The notes under the pieces are model-generated. The model was not told the origin of the DNA and searched no databases. It saw only the letters and a program-made list of their open reading frames with translations. From a virus (Duplodnaviria > Caudoviricetes): DNA of 29,293 nt. The DNA is taken from IMG/VR virus record IMGVR_UViG_3300032218_002968, positions 1-29,293 of that record; one strand, given 5' to 3'. Positions 15,024-25,029 of the stretch are shown one piece after another. The translations under genes and the position numbers were made by a program. The number at the start of each line of letters is the position of its first letter. The first letter of the stretch is position 1.

Positions 15024-15602
15024 TTACTTACACGATGCATGAATACCTTTTAATAAATCTGCAAATGGTGCCGGAATAAATGCGCCAAGCAGACTTGATA
15101 ATGGAGATCCTGAGCCTACTTCTCCAAGAAGATTGATAAAGTGATCTGTTGCAAGATCAATTCCTGCCTGACCTCTTATACAGATCTTAGATCCACTCAA
15201 TACCAATTGATCTGATGAGGAGATCTGAACCTGACCATTTGCACTCACATAAAATACACCATTTTTTCCATCACCATTTGTCTCAATCCAAATGTTTTTT
15301 GCCAGAAGTTTAATATTTCCGTTCTGTGCGTTGAATACAATATCTCCATTTTTGGCAGTAATTGACTTTGCAATGACTTCGTTTTCTAAAGTTTTTCTAT
15401 CTTTTGCCAAATCATCGCCAACTATTTCGCAAGATTTAGTTCTTACTAGTTCTATTTTACTTCCATTTTTGTTATAATGAACCATCGATCCAGATGATGT
15501 CGCAAGCGTATATTGTGCTCCGTCATCATCCGTTCCACCAGGACCAAAAAACATGATCCCGTGTGGATTATCACTAATTAAAACCTCTGGATGATCTGCC
15601 AT
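15024..15602 (-). CDS. gp5 C-terminal-like beta-helical spike protein
   Basis: 192 aa with periodic beta-strand repeats (ITAKNGDIVFNAQNGNIKLLAKNIWIE), downstream of the gp5-like genes. Confidence 0.55.
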   Translation of the reverse strand: MADHPEVLISDNPHGIMFFGPGGTDDDGAQYTLATSSGSMVHYNKNGSKIELVRTKSCEIVGDDLAKDRKTLENEVIAKSITAKNGDIVFNAQNGNIKLLAKNIWIETNGDGKNGVFYVSANGQVQISSSDQLVLSGSKICIRGQAGIDLATDHFINLLGEVGSGSPLSSLLGAFIPAPFADLLKGIHASCK

Positions 15603-15611
15603 TTTTAAATA

Positions 15612-17804
15612 TTAACGAGGATAAACACAATCAATAACTTGAACGAGTTCTTGAGATTTATAGTTGTTATCTTGAATTTCATTATAATCATTAAGAGTAT
15701 AGAACTTCAGAATAGGTTGAATGTCTGCCCCAACACCCGTTGCACTATTTATTGTAACTTTCGGAACCTCTTTAAGACCACAAGAAGGTGAAATAATATT
15801 AAGAGCAATAATCTGCCCCTCTTCATTCATTGCAATTCTGACATTAAGGCCAGGAGCATCTGGGGTAATTGTAACTGAATCTTCCACAGAATATCCAATT
15901 CCAGTATTTAAAACTTTAAAACTATCAATACAAGATACAAAGGTTTTGACTTTAGTTTCTGCAGGAGGTATAGTTACTGGTGTTCCAAACTCATCTAATC
16001 CATTTGGAGCATCCAAGTATCCATCACCATGATTCACCATGATGACTCTTATAACCTCTCCATCATCATTAATTTCAGTATATCCCGAAGCATAATTTCC
16101 ATTTTCACAAGTATCCTGAAATGTTACAAATGGTGGAGTTTTATATCCAGTGCCACCAAACGTAAGATTAACTCCAACTACTTGACCGATTGAATTAACA
16201 ACAGCATTTCCAACTGCACCTATTCCTCCTCCACCAAAAAACTGAACGTTTGGAGGACCACATCTAAATGCGCCAGTATTACAAGTGATTGATGATGGAA
16301 GTGCCTCCTGATTATTACCAATTTTTGAACCAAAGACTGAAAGACCACTAAACCAACTATCGACCTGACCAACTACTTCATCGCCAGTTGGAACTTTAAA
16401 ATTATTAAAAGCATCAATTTGAGTTTTTGATGGACCTGCCCAAGGAGATGCTTTAAAACTTTTAATCTCTGGGCAATTTGGTTCGGCACAAAGAAAAGAT
16501 TCAAATCCAAGAATAAAATCAATTGCCTGAAAAACAGATCCGGCAATTTTTCCAATTCCACCAAGAACATCGCTAATTGAATCTAAAACTGGTCCAATTG
16601 TATTATCAATCGATGCTGCAAGATTGTTTATCAAAGCATTCGTGAATTGTTCTGCAGCACAAAATCCTGCATTAATTACATTACCAATTAGTCCAAATAA
16701 GAAATCAGTTACAAGTTTTGTTAATCCTTTAATAATATCATCAAACTTACACATAATTACTTGCACAATTTCTTGAAGCAATACATCTTTCAAGACTTTG
16801 GCAAGATTGGTCAAAATATAATCAATTACTTTTTCAATTGCCTTACGAATCTTATTAAGAATAAAGTTTCTGATTCTTTGAACCAAAGTTTTTAATACTC
16901 CTCCAATAATTGATGCGGTATTACGAATTAGATTCGTAATATCAGTGATTTTATTAATTGCACCATTTAGATACAAATCTGCATATTTTTTAAATCCCTT
17001 TAATGCAGTAAAGAAATTACGCAAAGCAACATTAATTTTACTTACTGTACTCTTACCACAAGGATCGGGAAGACTTTGTTCTTCATCTGCTAGTCTTACT
17101 AGATTCTTATATGTTGCTGATTTATTAAACTGCTCACATTCAGGAGTATCTTTAATCGTCCAAGATCCGGCACTACTTTCTCTTACAACACAACCAGTTG
17201 ATTTTCCAACTGCACCCAAAAGTGCTTCACGAGTTGCTAATGCTTGATTTAATTCTTCTTTTTGCTCTGGAGTTAAAGAATCATATGGAAGTTGTTGTAG
17301 TGCATCGATTTGATTATTCAGAGCACCAGCGAGATTATCTACTACTTCTGGAGTTAGATTATCATAAAGTTTTCCAGTTGATGAATTTATAAATGCATTC
17401 GTATTTGGTAGTTCTGCCTGTGTGCTATTTACTGTTGGTACTGATGAATTATTTTTACCAAAAACAAATATTTTTTTTTGAATTCCATCATTAAGATATT
17501 TTATATCTTGACCTTTTAAAGGAACAAAAATATCTGGAGTTTCTCCAGATTTATAAGTTCTGTATTTTGATCCAGTTGAGTCTATTTCTATGATTGTAGA
17601 ATTAGGAGCATAATAAATTCCAGGTTGTATATTATAGGGTTGTTCTGGTTGTAAAACTACATTTTGTTGTTGAGTGTATATGGTATTGAATTGAGATACT
17701 GGTAAGGCACTGGGGTTTGTTAGTTTACCTGAACCAATTACTTCAAAAACTTGCCCACCAAACAATTCATATGTTTTCCCGTTATAACGAATTTGTTTTG
17801 CCAT
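15612..17804 (-). CDS. baseplate hub-associated protein (cyanophage gp5 middle/C-terminal-like region)
   Basis: 730 aa; long amphipathic helical region with Cys motifs (CAAEQF, FLCAEPNC), then GGGG.GA and G.GY..PP repeats; own GGAGG RBS and AATAAATA box. Confidence 0.65.
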   Translation of the reverse strand: MAKQIRYNGKTYELFGGQVFEVIGSGKLTNPSALPVSQFNTIYTQQQNVVLQPEQPYNIQPGIYYAPNSTIIEIDSTGSKYRTYKSGETPDIFVPLKGQDIKYLNDGIQKKIFVFGKNNSSVPTVNSTQAELPNTNAFINSSTGKLYDNLTPEVVDNLAGALNNQIDALQQLPYDSLTPEQKEELNQALATREALLGAVGKSTGCVVRESSAGSWTIKDTPECEQFNKSATYKNLVRLADEEQSLPDPCGKSTVSKINVALRNFFTALKGFKKYADLYLNGAINKITDITNLIRNTASIIGGVLKTLVQRIRNFILNKIRKAIEKVIDYILTNLAKVLKDVLLQEIVQVIMCKFDDIIKGLTKLVTDFLFGLIGNVINAGFCAAEQFTNALINNLAASIDNTIGPVLDSISDVLGGIGKIAGSVFQAIDFILGFESFLCAEPNCPEIKSFKASPWAGPSKTQIDAFNNFKVPTGDEVVGQVDSWFSGLSVFGSKIGNNQEALPSSITCNTGAFRCGPPNVQFFGGGGIGAVGNAVVNSIGQVVGVNLTFGGTGYKTPPFVTFQDTCENGNYASGYTEINDDGEVIRVIMVNHGDGYLDAPNGLDEFGTPVTIPPAETKVKTFVSCIDSFKVLNTGIGYSVEDSVTITPDAPGLNVRIAMNEEGQIIALNIISPSCGLKEVPKVTINSATGVGADIQPILKFYTLNDYNEIQDNNYKSQELVQVIDCVYPR

Positions 17805-17828
17805 TATGATGTTACCTCCATATAACGA

Positions 17829-17836
17829 TATTTATT
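17829..17836 (-). promoter_or_regulatory. T4-type late promoter
   Basis: AATAAATA, 25 nt upstream of ATG 17804 (T4 gp55 consensus TATAAATA). Confidence 0.6.
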
Positions 17837-18608
17837 ATTCTAAAAGACTATTTGTGAATGATCCTCCAGGACTACCATCTTTAAAAGGTGTAAATTTATA
17901 ACCATTTTTACCAGCAGAACTAATTTGTTCTGCCGTTGGTTGAACATTAGTTCTTATTAATGATGTTCCATCCGATTTTACTGATATTGCTGCATTGAGA
18001 TCGGCAGAATTTTTTATTGGATTCTCAGGAGATCCATATGTTGATGATGCTGCTGCTTTTGCTTCATCTGCTGCTTTCTGTTGTCCACTTTCTGTTACTG
18101 GTTTATCTATGGGAGGATCCGTATTTTCTGGTACTGCTTTGTCAACTTCTTCTTTTGTTGGCTGTGCTGGGGCAGTTGGTTTTGCTCCACCTTTTTGCTG
18201 GTGATTTGCTGCTGTAATACCACAATTGTATCGTGTTACATTTTTAAGATAAGTAGTTCCTGCTGCTTTTGCTTCTTCTAGTGTGGTTAGATTTTCTACT
18301 TTAGTTGCACCCAAAACGGCAGTAATAACGGGAATTTGACAAGATTCATCTAGAAAAAATCCAATCACCCATTCACCACCAGCCAGACCTGTAGATCCGT
18401 AATTATAACTTCCTTGAGAAGTTGGTTTTGCAATAATAGCCCAGGGAAGATTTTCATCAGTAATTTCAGGTCCTGCTGGATGATATCCTTGAATTCTAAT
18501 TTTTACACGATCACCCCAGGCACCCTTTTCCTTTTTATTGGCAAGTTGATTTGGTGGAACTTGTCCGACAAACCATTTATAATCTTGCCCTACAAATCCA
18601 ATATTCAT
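17835..18608 (-). CDS. gp5: baseplate hub/spike gp5 N-terminal OB-fold protein
   Basis: WFVGQV...RVKIRIQGYHP...LPWA...GEWVIGFFLD...PVI is the gp5 OB-fold signature; followed by a Pro/Ala/Lys-rich tail with no lysozyme motif. Confidence 0.8.
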   Translation of the reverse strand: MNIGFVGQDYKWFVGQVPPNQLANKKEKGAWGDRVKIRIQGYHPAGPEITDENLPWAIIAKPTSQGSYNYGSTGLAGGEWVIGFFLDESCQIPVITAVLGATKVENLTTLEEAKAAGTTYLKNVTRYNCGITAANHQQKGGAKPTAPAQPTKEEVDKAVPENTDPPIDKPVTESGQQKAADEAKAAASSTYGSPENPIKNSADLNAAISVKSDGTSLIRTNVQPTAEQISSAGKNGYKFTPFKDGSPGGSFTNSLLE

Positions 18609-18610
18609 TT

Positions 18611-19867
18611 TTACTTTTTACTAGTATATATTCCGTATGTGTCACGAACCACTGTCATCGAAGTAAATGACCTTAAAGGATCAAAATGATGACATAGATT
18701 TACAATTAAATAATGTCCTATTTGAGATGCATTAAGAACTTTTGAATCTTGGGTGATAGTTTCAAATTCGCATTTTATTATATCACCTGCTCTCAAATTT
18801 GGGTTGCATGGAACCTGTACTTGCAAAATTTGACTGAATAATATATTATATCTCGTAGAAGATTTTGCCTGATATTCTTCTGGAGAATTATTTTTTTCAC
18901 CAGTAACACCAGGTTCCAACATACCAATATCTAAAATTTTATAATGAGTTCTTGAAAATCCCGTTAGATCATCAGGCACTTCAACATCTTTACCTAGAGA
19001 ATTTTTTAATTTAATTTTTTCTATTCTTTCGGTGCTCTCAAAAGTTTTCGGATTCCAAAAAATTGTTCTACTAATATAAACACCAGACTTTAATGCCGCA
19101 GTTAAATCTTGATTGCGAGTGATTGTAGATGATAAAATTTTATAATCATTATTATCATCTTCTACACCAGAAGTTAATACATCAGTTCTTCTGTAAGTTG
19201 CCTTTGGTTCTTGAGAGATTAAACTATCAATCGATCTAAAATTGAATCCATCTTGAGTTTCATAAAAGAAAAATCCAGGATCACCATTTTCAGGAATTGA
19301 TTTTGGTGATAAGTCAATAATATTTTGAAATACTTCTCTACTATTTCCAATAAAACTATATGAATTTTTCGTCGATTCAATCGCATGAATTTTATTTTCA
19401 GGAACATCTATAAATTTTAATAACAGTTTTACAGAATCACTAATTTTGGAATTATACTTTTGAAATACTGTTGATTGTATACTATCTTTACCTGGTTTTG
19501 ATATTAGACTTAATGCGACTGCCTCTCTGTTTGATTCTTTTTGTGGGTTTGAGGACCCATTTACATAAAAAGGATATTTTATAAAATCCAGTGTTCCTAG
19601 TTTAGATCTTATTTTAACTTCCACCTTTTCATTATTTGTAAGTGGTAAGGCATCATAAATTGTCCCCAATTTATTTTGACTTTGATATTTTGGATTAAAT
19701 TTTGTTGATCCACCAGTATCCACAAATGACATTAATGCTGTTATATGTGGTGAAAATATACTCTCATAATAATCGAAACTAGTAGTTCCACGTTTAAGAT
19801 CTACTCTAGTTCCACCTTTATCAATAACTATATGTTCATAATTTGAAGCTAATGATGCGTTTGCCAT
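18611..19867 (-). CDS. baseplate hub protein (gp27-like)
   Basis: YYESIFSP, FFFYETQDGFNFRSIDSL, NLRAGDII, GHYLIVNLCHHF motifs; lies immediately upstream of gp5. Confidence 0.7.
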   Translation of the reverse strand: MANASLASNYEHIVIDKGGTRVDLKRGTTSFDYYESIFSPHITALMSFVDTGGSTKFNPKYQSQNKLGTIYDALPLTNNEKVEVKIRSKLGTLDFIKYPFYVNGSSNPQKESNREAVALSLISKPGKDSIQSTVFQKYNSKISDSVKLLLKFIDVPENKIHAIESTKNSYSFIGNSREVFQNIIDLSPKSIPENGDPGFFFYETQDGFNFRSIDSLISQEPKATYRRTDVLTSGVEDDNNDYKILSSTITRNQDLTAALKSGVYISRTIFWNPKTFESTERIEKIKLKNSLGKDVEVPDDLTGFSRTHYKILDIGMLEPGVTGEKNNSPEEYQAKSSTRYNILFSQILQVQVPCNPNLRAGDIIKCEFETITQDSKVLNASQIGHYLIVNLCHHFDPLRSFTSMTVVRDTYGIYTSKK

Positions 19868-19872
19868 TTATT

Positions 19873-21516
19873 TTATGCTCTCCATATTGATGAAACTTGA
19901 TATTGATCTGAAGATTCTGCACTAGATTCTTTTTCAATCGGTATAGGATAAGGCATAGGAATAAAGGTTTCTACTGGTTGAATCGCCATAATCATGATAT
20001 TTTTACTATCCATACTCGATTTATTATATGAGAGATTTTTTCCACCACCTTTTCCTCCACTCACAACCTCAAGATTCAATCCTTTTGGTAAAGGAACTAC
20101 TTGTGCTGATTTTATATTTGTTTTTGATGGTTCTAAACTATTTACATAATCAGATGGATTGATATGTTGTCCTTTTGAATTTACTCTTTCATAATGTAAG
20201 TGAGTATTATCCGCATATCCGTGCCCACCTGGCCAGTATTTAACTTTTCCAATTGTACTTCCTTTCTTAACTTGATCACCTATTCTAACTGATGCATTAA
20301 TATGCCCATAAATTCCCCTAAATCCATCATTATATTCTATAACAACAGCATCACCGTGTCCTCCAAATGAACGATAAATATCAACTACTTTACCATCTTG
20401 AGTATTAATTACTGGAGAATTTGCGTCAACTCCAATATCAATTCCTTGGTGTCCAGGTCTAGAAGTCGTTTTATATCCACTTGTAAATTGTGGTTTTCCA
20501 TATGGCAATAATGCCGATAATGATCCAGATGTTGGTGTGCTGCTAGGTTCGGATCCATCTGATGGAGTTGCAATAGAACCAGAACCAGAAGTAGTAGAAG
20601 GTGTTTCACCACTCATGAGACTGGTTAAAGTCTTAAAATTATAAGACATCTTTTCAAATGCTGTTGCATTATTTTCATCTAGTTTTGTATTCTCATTAAT
20701 ATTATCTACAGCAACTTTAAATCCAGTAAAACCTTGATCTGATGCCTGCCTTGCCTGTTTTGCTCTACCAGTTTGTCCTCCCCCTTGTGTTGGTGCAGAA
20801 GAAGTTACCTTTTTATTTGATTGTGGTTTTACTGTACCACCTTCAGCAAATGCAGGTAAAGTAGTTGTTCCTGGTGCAGTAGGACTTGTAGGAATTCTTG
20901 TATTTGTTTGTGGATTTAGTGGTTGTCCTGGTCTAACTGGAGTAGTTGTTGGTGTTGGTGCAGAAGGAGTCTGTCCATTTTTTTGTTGATTATATTTTTC
21001 TAAATCTGGAATAAGAGCACTATAAATGTTTTCCAATTCATCAAACTTTTTCTCCAAATCATCTTTTGTTTTTAAAAATTGAGTCTGAGCAGATTTTGGA
21101 AATTCAATCGCAATTTTTGCAAAAGTCATTATACCATTACCAATCACATTTATAATAGATCCTATTGTTTTAATGACTGGACTATTAAAAAAATCTTCTA
21201 ATTGTGATAAAATCCTAGGAAGATTATTGACTAAAATTCCAAGAAGAATCAAACCAAAAAATTCTTTTATTTTATCAAAGATGCCCCCTACACCAGATGT
21301 TACAGCATTTTTTATTTTACTAAATGAAGATCCTATTCCAAAATCTTTTTTTTCAATTTTATCTTCTTTTTCCTTTACTTTTATTTGTTTTTCTTGAGTA
21401 TCAAATAACCTTCTTTTTTCTACACGAAGTCTTCTAAGTTCCTTATTTGAATTAATAAGGAAACTATTGATATTAGTTACATTTAATTTGAGTTGTTGTG
21501 CTTGTGTAGTTTCCAT
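19873..21516 (-). CDS. tape-measure/hub-like protein with M23 metallopeptidase domain
   Basis: Coiled-coil N-terminus, hydrophobic segment, Pro/Thr linker, then HQGID (HxxxD), YGH and HLH zinc motifs of the M23 family. Confidence 0.8.
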   Translation of the reverse strand: METTQAQQLKLNVTNINSFLINSNKELRRLRVEKRRLFDTQEKQIKVKEKEDKIEKKDFGIGSSFSKIKNAVTSGVGGIFDKIKEFFGLILLGILVNNLPRILSQLEDFFNSPVIKTIGSIINVIGNGIMTFAKIAIEFPKSAQTQFLKTKDDLEKKFDELENIYSALIPDLEKYNQQKNGQTPSAPTPTTTPVRPGQPLNPQTNTRIPTSPTAPGTTTLPAFAEGGTVKPQSNKKVTSSAPTQGGGQTGRAKQARQASDQGFTGFKVAVDNINENTKLDENNATAFEKMSYNFKTLTSLMSGETPSTTSGSGSIATPSDGSEPSSTPTSGSLSALLPYGKPQFTSGYKTTSRPGHQGIDIGVDANSPVINTQDGKVVDIYRSFGGHGDAVVIEYNDGFRGIYGHINASVRIGDQVKKGSTIGKVKYWPGGHGYADNTHLHYERVNSKGQHINPSDYVNSLEPSKTNIKSAQVVPLPKGLNLEVVSGGKGGGKNLSYNKSSMDSKNIMIMAIQPVETFIPMPYPIPIEKESSAESSDQYQVSSIWRA

Positions 21517-21519
21517 ATC

Positions 21520-23310
21520 TTATACAAATATTCCATAAAGTTCTGGAGTTAGATGCATATATGGATTTGCCATATTTATTGGTGATATTATAGGAACATC
21601 TGTTGCCTGAGTCGATGGAACAGGAATTTCAGGTGGTTTTGATCTAATTGGTGGTAAGTTCATTGGTAAGAATGTCATTCCACCAGCAGAAGAATCTCCT
21701 TGAGAAATTAAATTATAATTATAAGTTTTTGGTGCTGCAGAAACTTTTTGTTGAGTTGATCTAGATCCAACAGTTGTAGGCCCACCATTACCACTAGTAT
21801 TTTTGGATAGTTTTTTCTTTAAAATTTCATCTTTCAAATACTTATCAAAAGTTTCTATTGTTTTTTGGAATTGTTTTGATACTTCTTTTTGATAATCTGT
21901 TACAGAAACTAATTTTGTAACTGCCTGAGAAAACAGGGTCCACAATCTACCAGCATTTTCATTAATATCTTTCAAAATTGGTCTGAATAGATTTGCAGAT
22001 GCTGTGCGAATGACTTCTTCACCGGGAGCAAGCATTGCTTTGACACTATCAATCATTCCAGATCCTCTTCCAGGAACTGTCATTCCATTATTTGCATTAA
22101 TGGTTCCCCCATCTTTATAACCAAACATTTTTCTTATTGCAAAATCTGTTCCAGCGCCAGCACCAGCAGCAAGGGCAAAACCAGCTAAACTTCCACCCGC
22201 AGTTTCTGGAGCCCCTAAAACAGATCCTCCAACTATGAGGGATGAAACTAACCATCCAAGTCCATATGCCGATAGTTTTACAACAATTGCCTTATAATCA
22301 CCCCTATCAGCATCAGATTTTAATTCGGCAATCAAGAATCCAAGACCAATAACTCTAAGAACTTTGAATAAATTTCCTAATGCACCAGAATTTATTATTT
22401 TAGGAACACCAGTACCTGGTTTTGGAGTTATACCTTCACCTGGTTTTGGTATGGAGGGAGATCTTCCAGGAACTGATCCTGGACCTTTATATCTACTTAA
22501 AGGATCAATTGGTAGTGGTTTTCCATTTGGTCCCAATAATGGAGATGGTGATGGTGCTCTTGCCTGAGGTGCTCTTGCTGGAGGTGCAGATCTTACAGGA
22601 TTTTTTGGTGTGGTAGGAAGTTTCGGGGGTTGATTAATTTTGGGAATATTTGGTCTATTTCTTATCGCATCAGCAATTGATTTAATAAGTTTTGCTGCTT
22701 TATAAATTTTATAGAGAACTCCAAGAACTTTTACTCCAATAAAAACTGCTAATATTTCTTTCCAATGATCGCCAATAAATTGAAATACAGAATCTAATTT
22801 TGCCCTATTTGAAGGATCTTGTAACCATTTAAATGCTGCGTTTAAAGCAATTCCAGTGAGAATAAGTTGAAAAAATTCAACCATTTTTGAGAATATATTT
22901 TTTGCTGGCGCAATAACTTTATCAAAAGTGTTATTTAAAGTGCTTCCAATTTTTTTAGCAGATTCAACTGCTGCTTCTTTTGCAGAAAATCTTTTCTTAG
23001 ATTCTGTTGCTTTTATTTTTTTAACTAATGCTTTCTCTTCTGCGATTCTCGTTGCAAAATCTAAAGAGAGTTGCTTTTGTATTTCAACAAGAATTCTATT
23101 AGTTTCTGAAAGTGTATTAGTAATACTTTCTTGAGATCCTAAAGATTCTACATTTACATTAGTTTTTGGTTTAATAAAACTAAATGAAGTCTTTTGTAAT
23201 TTTGGTGCAGCAGATGCTACAGAAGCACCACGAAGTACTGAAGAAGAAATGTTTCTCTTATTTAACTTCGCTATTGATGGTGCTCTGTAGATTGGGAAGT
23301 TAGATGCCAC
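21520..23310 (-). CDS. tape-measure/hub-like protein
   Basis: 596 aa helical/basic protein with hydrophobic Gly/Ala segments, a Pro-rich linker and a GGTI...DSVKAMLAPGEEVI motif; follows gp26/gp51. Confidence 0.65.
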   Translation of the reverse strand: MASNFPIYRAPSIAKLNKRNISSSVLRGASVASAAPKLQKTSFSFIKPKTNVNVESLGSQESITNTLSETNRILVEIQKQLSLDFATRIAEEKALVKKIKATESKKRFSAKEAAVESAKKIGSTLNNTFDKVIAPAKNIFSKMVEFFQLILTGIALNAAFKWLQDPSNRAKLDSVFQFIGDHWKEILAVFIGVKVLGVLYKIYKAAKLIKSIADAIRNRPNIPKINQPPKLPTTPKNPVRSAPPARAPQARAPSPSPLLGPNGKPLPIDPLSRYKGPGSVPGRSPSIPKPGEGITPKPGTGVPKIINSGALGNLFKVLRVIGLGFLIAELKSDADRGDYKAIVVKLSAYGLGWLVSSLIVGGSVLGAPETAGGSLAGFALAAGAGAGTDFAIRKMFGYKDGGTINANNGMTVPGRGSGMIDSVKAMLAPGEEVIRTASANLFRPILKDINENAGRLWTLFSQAVTKLVSVTDYQKEVSKQFQKTIETFDKYLKDEILKKKLSKNTSGNGGPTTVGSRSTQQKVSAAPKTYNYNLISQGDSSAGGMTFLPMNLPPIRSKPPEIPVPSTQATDVPIISPINMANPYMHLTPELYGIFV

Positions 23311-23479
23311 TAGATTGCTGTGCCTTTAGGTTTTCTTCTTCAATATGCTGCTGTAGTAATGAAACATAGATTTCCCTTTCCCAAGGAATCATATTTTCAA
23401 GATCAGTTAATGAATATTTATGATGCTGCATCAAGGCAAAATTAACCTTATAGTATGACTCAAGGTTAGTATGAGCCAT
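23300..23479 (-). CDS. gp51: baseplate hub assembly protein (cyanophage gp51-like); possibly made as a frameshift extension of gp26
   Basis: YYKVNFALMQHHKYSLTDLENMIPWEREIYV motif; ATG at 23479; in the -1 frame relative to gp26. Confidence 0.8.
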   Translation of the reverse strand: MAHTNLESYYKVNFALMQHHKYSLTDLENMIPWEREIYVSLLQQHIEEENLKAQQSSGI

Positions 23480-23481
23480 AC

Positions 23482-24204
23482 TCAACTGAAAAAACTTGCT
23501 AACCCTTCCAGAACAACTTCAGATTCCACACCTGTATTAGGATTCTTTACCATTACCGTATGAGATAGTTTAGGCATCGTTGTAAAGAAATTCTCAATTT
23601 CTTTGAATTGCTTAGTATTGAGTTGTTCTATAAATTCTTCTAATTCTTTCTTAGTGCAGTCAGCAGCACTCCAAGAATCTTCTGCATCATAAATGATCTC
23701 AATACAAGAACTAATCATACCCAAAGATTTATCAACATCACTTTGACTATCTCCAACCTCAAAATTATTTTCAACAAACTGGTCCAGTGAAGGATATTTC
23801 AGTTTCATTGAAAGAACATCATCTAGTTTAATAATATTCGTATGTTCTGGATTTTTTTGGACTTTGATGGTATCAATATCAATTTCCATTTGAACCGTGG
23901 TTTCTCCATCATCAGGGCAGGTGATATTAACCTCGACCGATTCTCCAACTGACTTGGCACGAACATTCAGAAACAGATACTCAATATCAAAGGTAGATAG
24001 TTCCTGAACTTTTACAGTTTTTGTAAGAATACAATCAGAAAGAATTTGTACAATAGCACCTGAAATCTGTTTCATATCTTCAGATTCTAATGCCATAATC
24101 AGAATCTTTTCTTCTCTGACTAGGAATGGACGATATTTAATTTTTTTTCCGTTCGAAGGCAATTCCAACTCATATGTTGGTGTAGAAATTTTTGGTAAAG
24201 GCAT
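23482..24204 (-). CDS. gp26: baseplate hub subunit/assembly chaperone gp26
   Basis: MPLPKISTPTYELELPS...YRPFLVREEKIL...RAKSVGE...CPDD...LEGLASFF; AATAAATA at 24232-24239. Confidence 0.88.
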   Translation of the reverse strand: MPLPKISTPTYELELPSNGKKIKYRPFLVREEKILIMALESEDMKQISGAIVQILSDCILTKTVKVQELSTFDIEYLFLNVRAKSVGESVEVNITCPDDGETTVQMEIDIDTIKVQKNPEHTNIIKLDDVLSMKLKYPSLDQFVENNFEVGDSQSDVDKSLGMISSCIEIIYDAEDSWSAADCTKKELEEFIEQLNTKQFKEIENFFTTMPKLSHTVMVKNPNTGVESEVVLEGLASFFS

Positions 24205-24234
24205 AATGACCTATAGAAATTCAGTTGTGATTAT

Positions 24235-25029
24235 TTATTCACTAACTCCAATTACCTTTCCATTTTTATCGTAAATAAAACTTCCAGGACCACGATATAA
24301 TGGATTATTCTGAGCTTGAACAATAGCATCTTGTGCTAATGCGGTTTGTAAATCAGATTTTTGTTGTGGAGTTAAATTATTACTTGCACCCTCTTGTTTT
24401 GCAATATAACGATCATAATTAAATGTAACACTAACTTTGAGTAATTCTGCAGGACCATAAGAAACTGGAATACTTGTAATTCCTTTTGGAAATGCATTAA
24501 TTAATTGATAGTTAATACTTTTCTTATCGGCAGCAAAATCTTTTTCAAATTTTTTAATATAAATTTCACTATTTTTATAATAATCTGGATAATTAAATCT
24601 TCTGTAAGCATTTCCATTGGCAGTCTGTGCTGGACCTCCACCAGAAACATAATCCATCCATCCCTCAAAAAATCTCAATACCTTATAATCACGATCAATA
24701 TAGAATGTTAGATCAATATCAGTATATAATCTCGTATGGGCAAATTCCTGAGTGACTCCCATAAAATTATCTTTTACTTCACTAGTAGCATAAGAAGACG
24801 TTGGTAAAACAGCATCAGAACATAGAAGTCCTAAAGTATTTCCAAATTCTGCATTAAAATTAATACCATATAAAGAATTTGTAAGAAAATTTACAAAAGG
24901 TGTTGTTCCTTTCTCTTCCTTGCCCCATCCATTTGTAATGAAAAGTTGATATTGATTGGTAAGTGCTAGATTGCCAAAATTAATATTGGCATTCCTCATC
25001 GGAATTGAAGTAATTGCTGGAACAGCCAT
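24235..25029 (-). CDS. tail tube-like/baseplate tube initiator (gp19/gp54 fold)
   Basis: LLCSDAVLP, DLTFYIDRDY...FFEGWMDY, YQLINAFP, KVSVTFNYD motifs. Confidence 0.75.
   Translation of the reverse strand: MAVPAITSIPMRNANINFGNLALTNQYQLFITNGWGKEEKGTTPFVNFLTNSLYGINFNAEFGNTLGLLCSDAVLPTSSYATSEVKDNFMGVTQEFAHTRLYTDIDLTFYIDRDYKVLRFFEGWMDYVSGGGPAQTANGNAYRRFNYPDYYKNSEIYIKKFEKDFAADKKSINYQLINAFPKGITSIPVSYGPAELLKVSVTFNYDRYIAKQEGASNNLTPQQKSDLQTALAQDAIVQAQNNPLYRGPGSFIYDKNGKVIGVSE

Noticed and set aside
5204-23134. Numerous 60-107-aa plus-strand and alternate-frame ORFs inside the structural genes
   Set aside because: Antisense or out-of-frame shadows of long, well-supported genes with biased codon usage.
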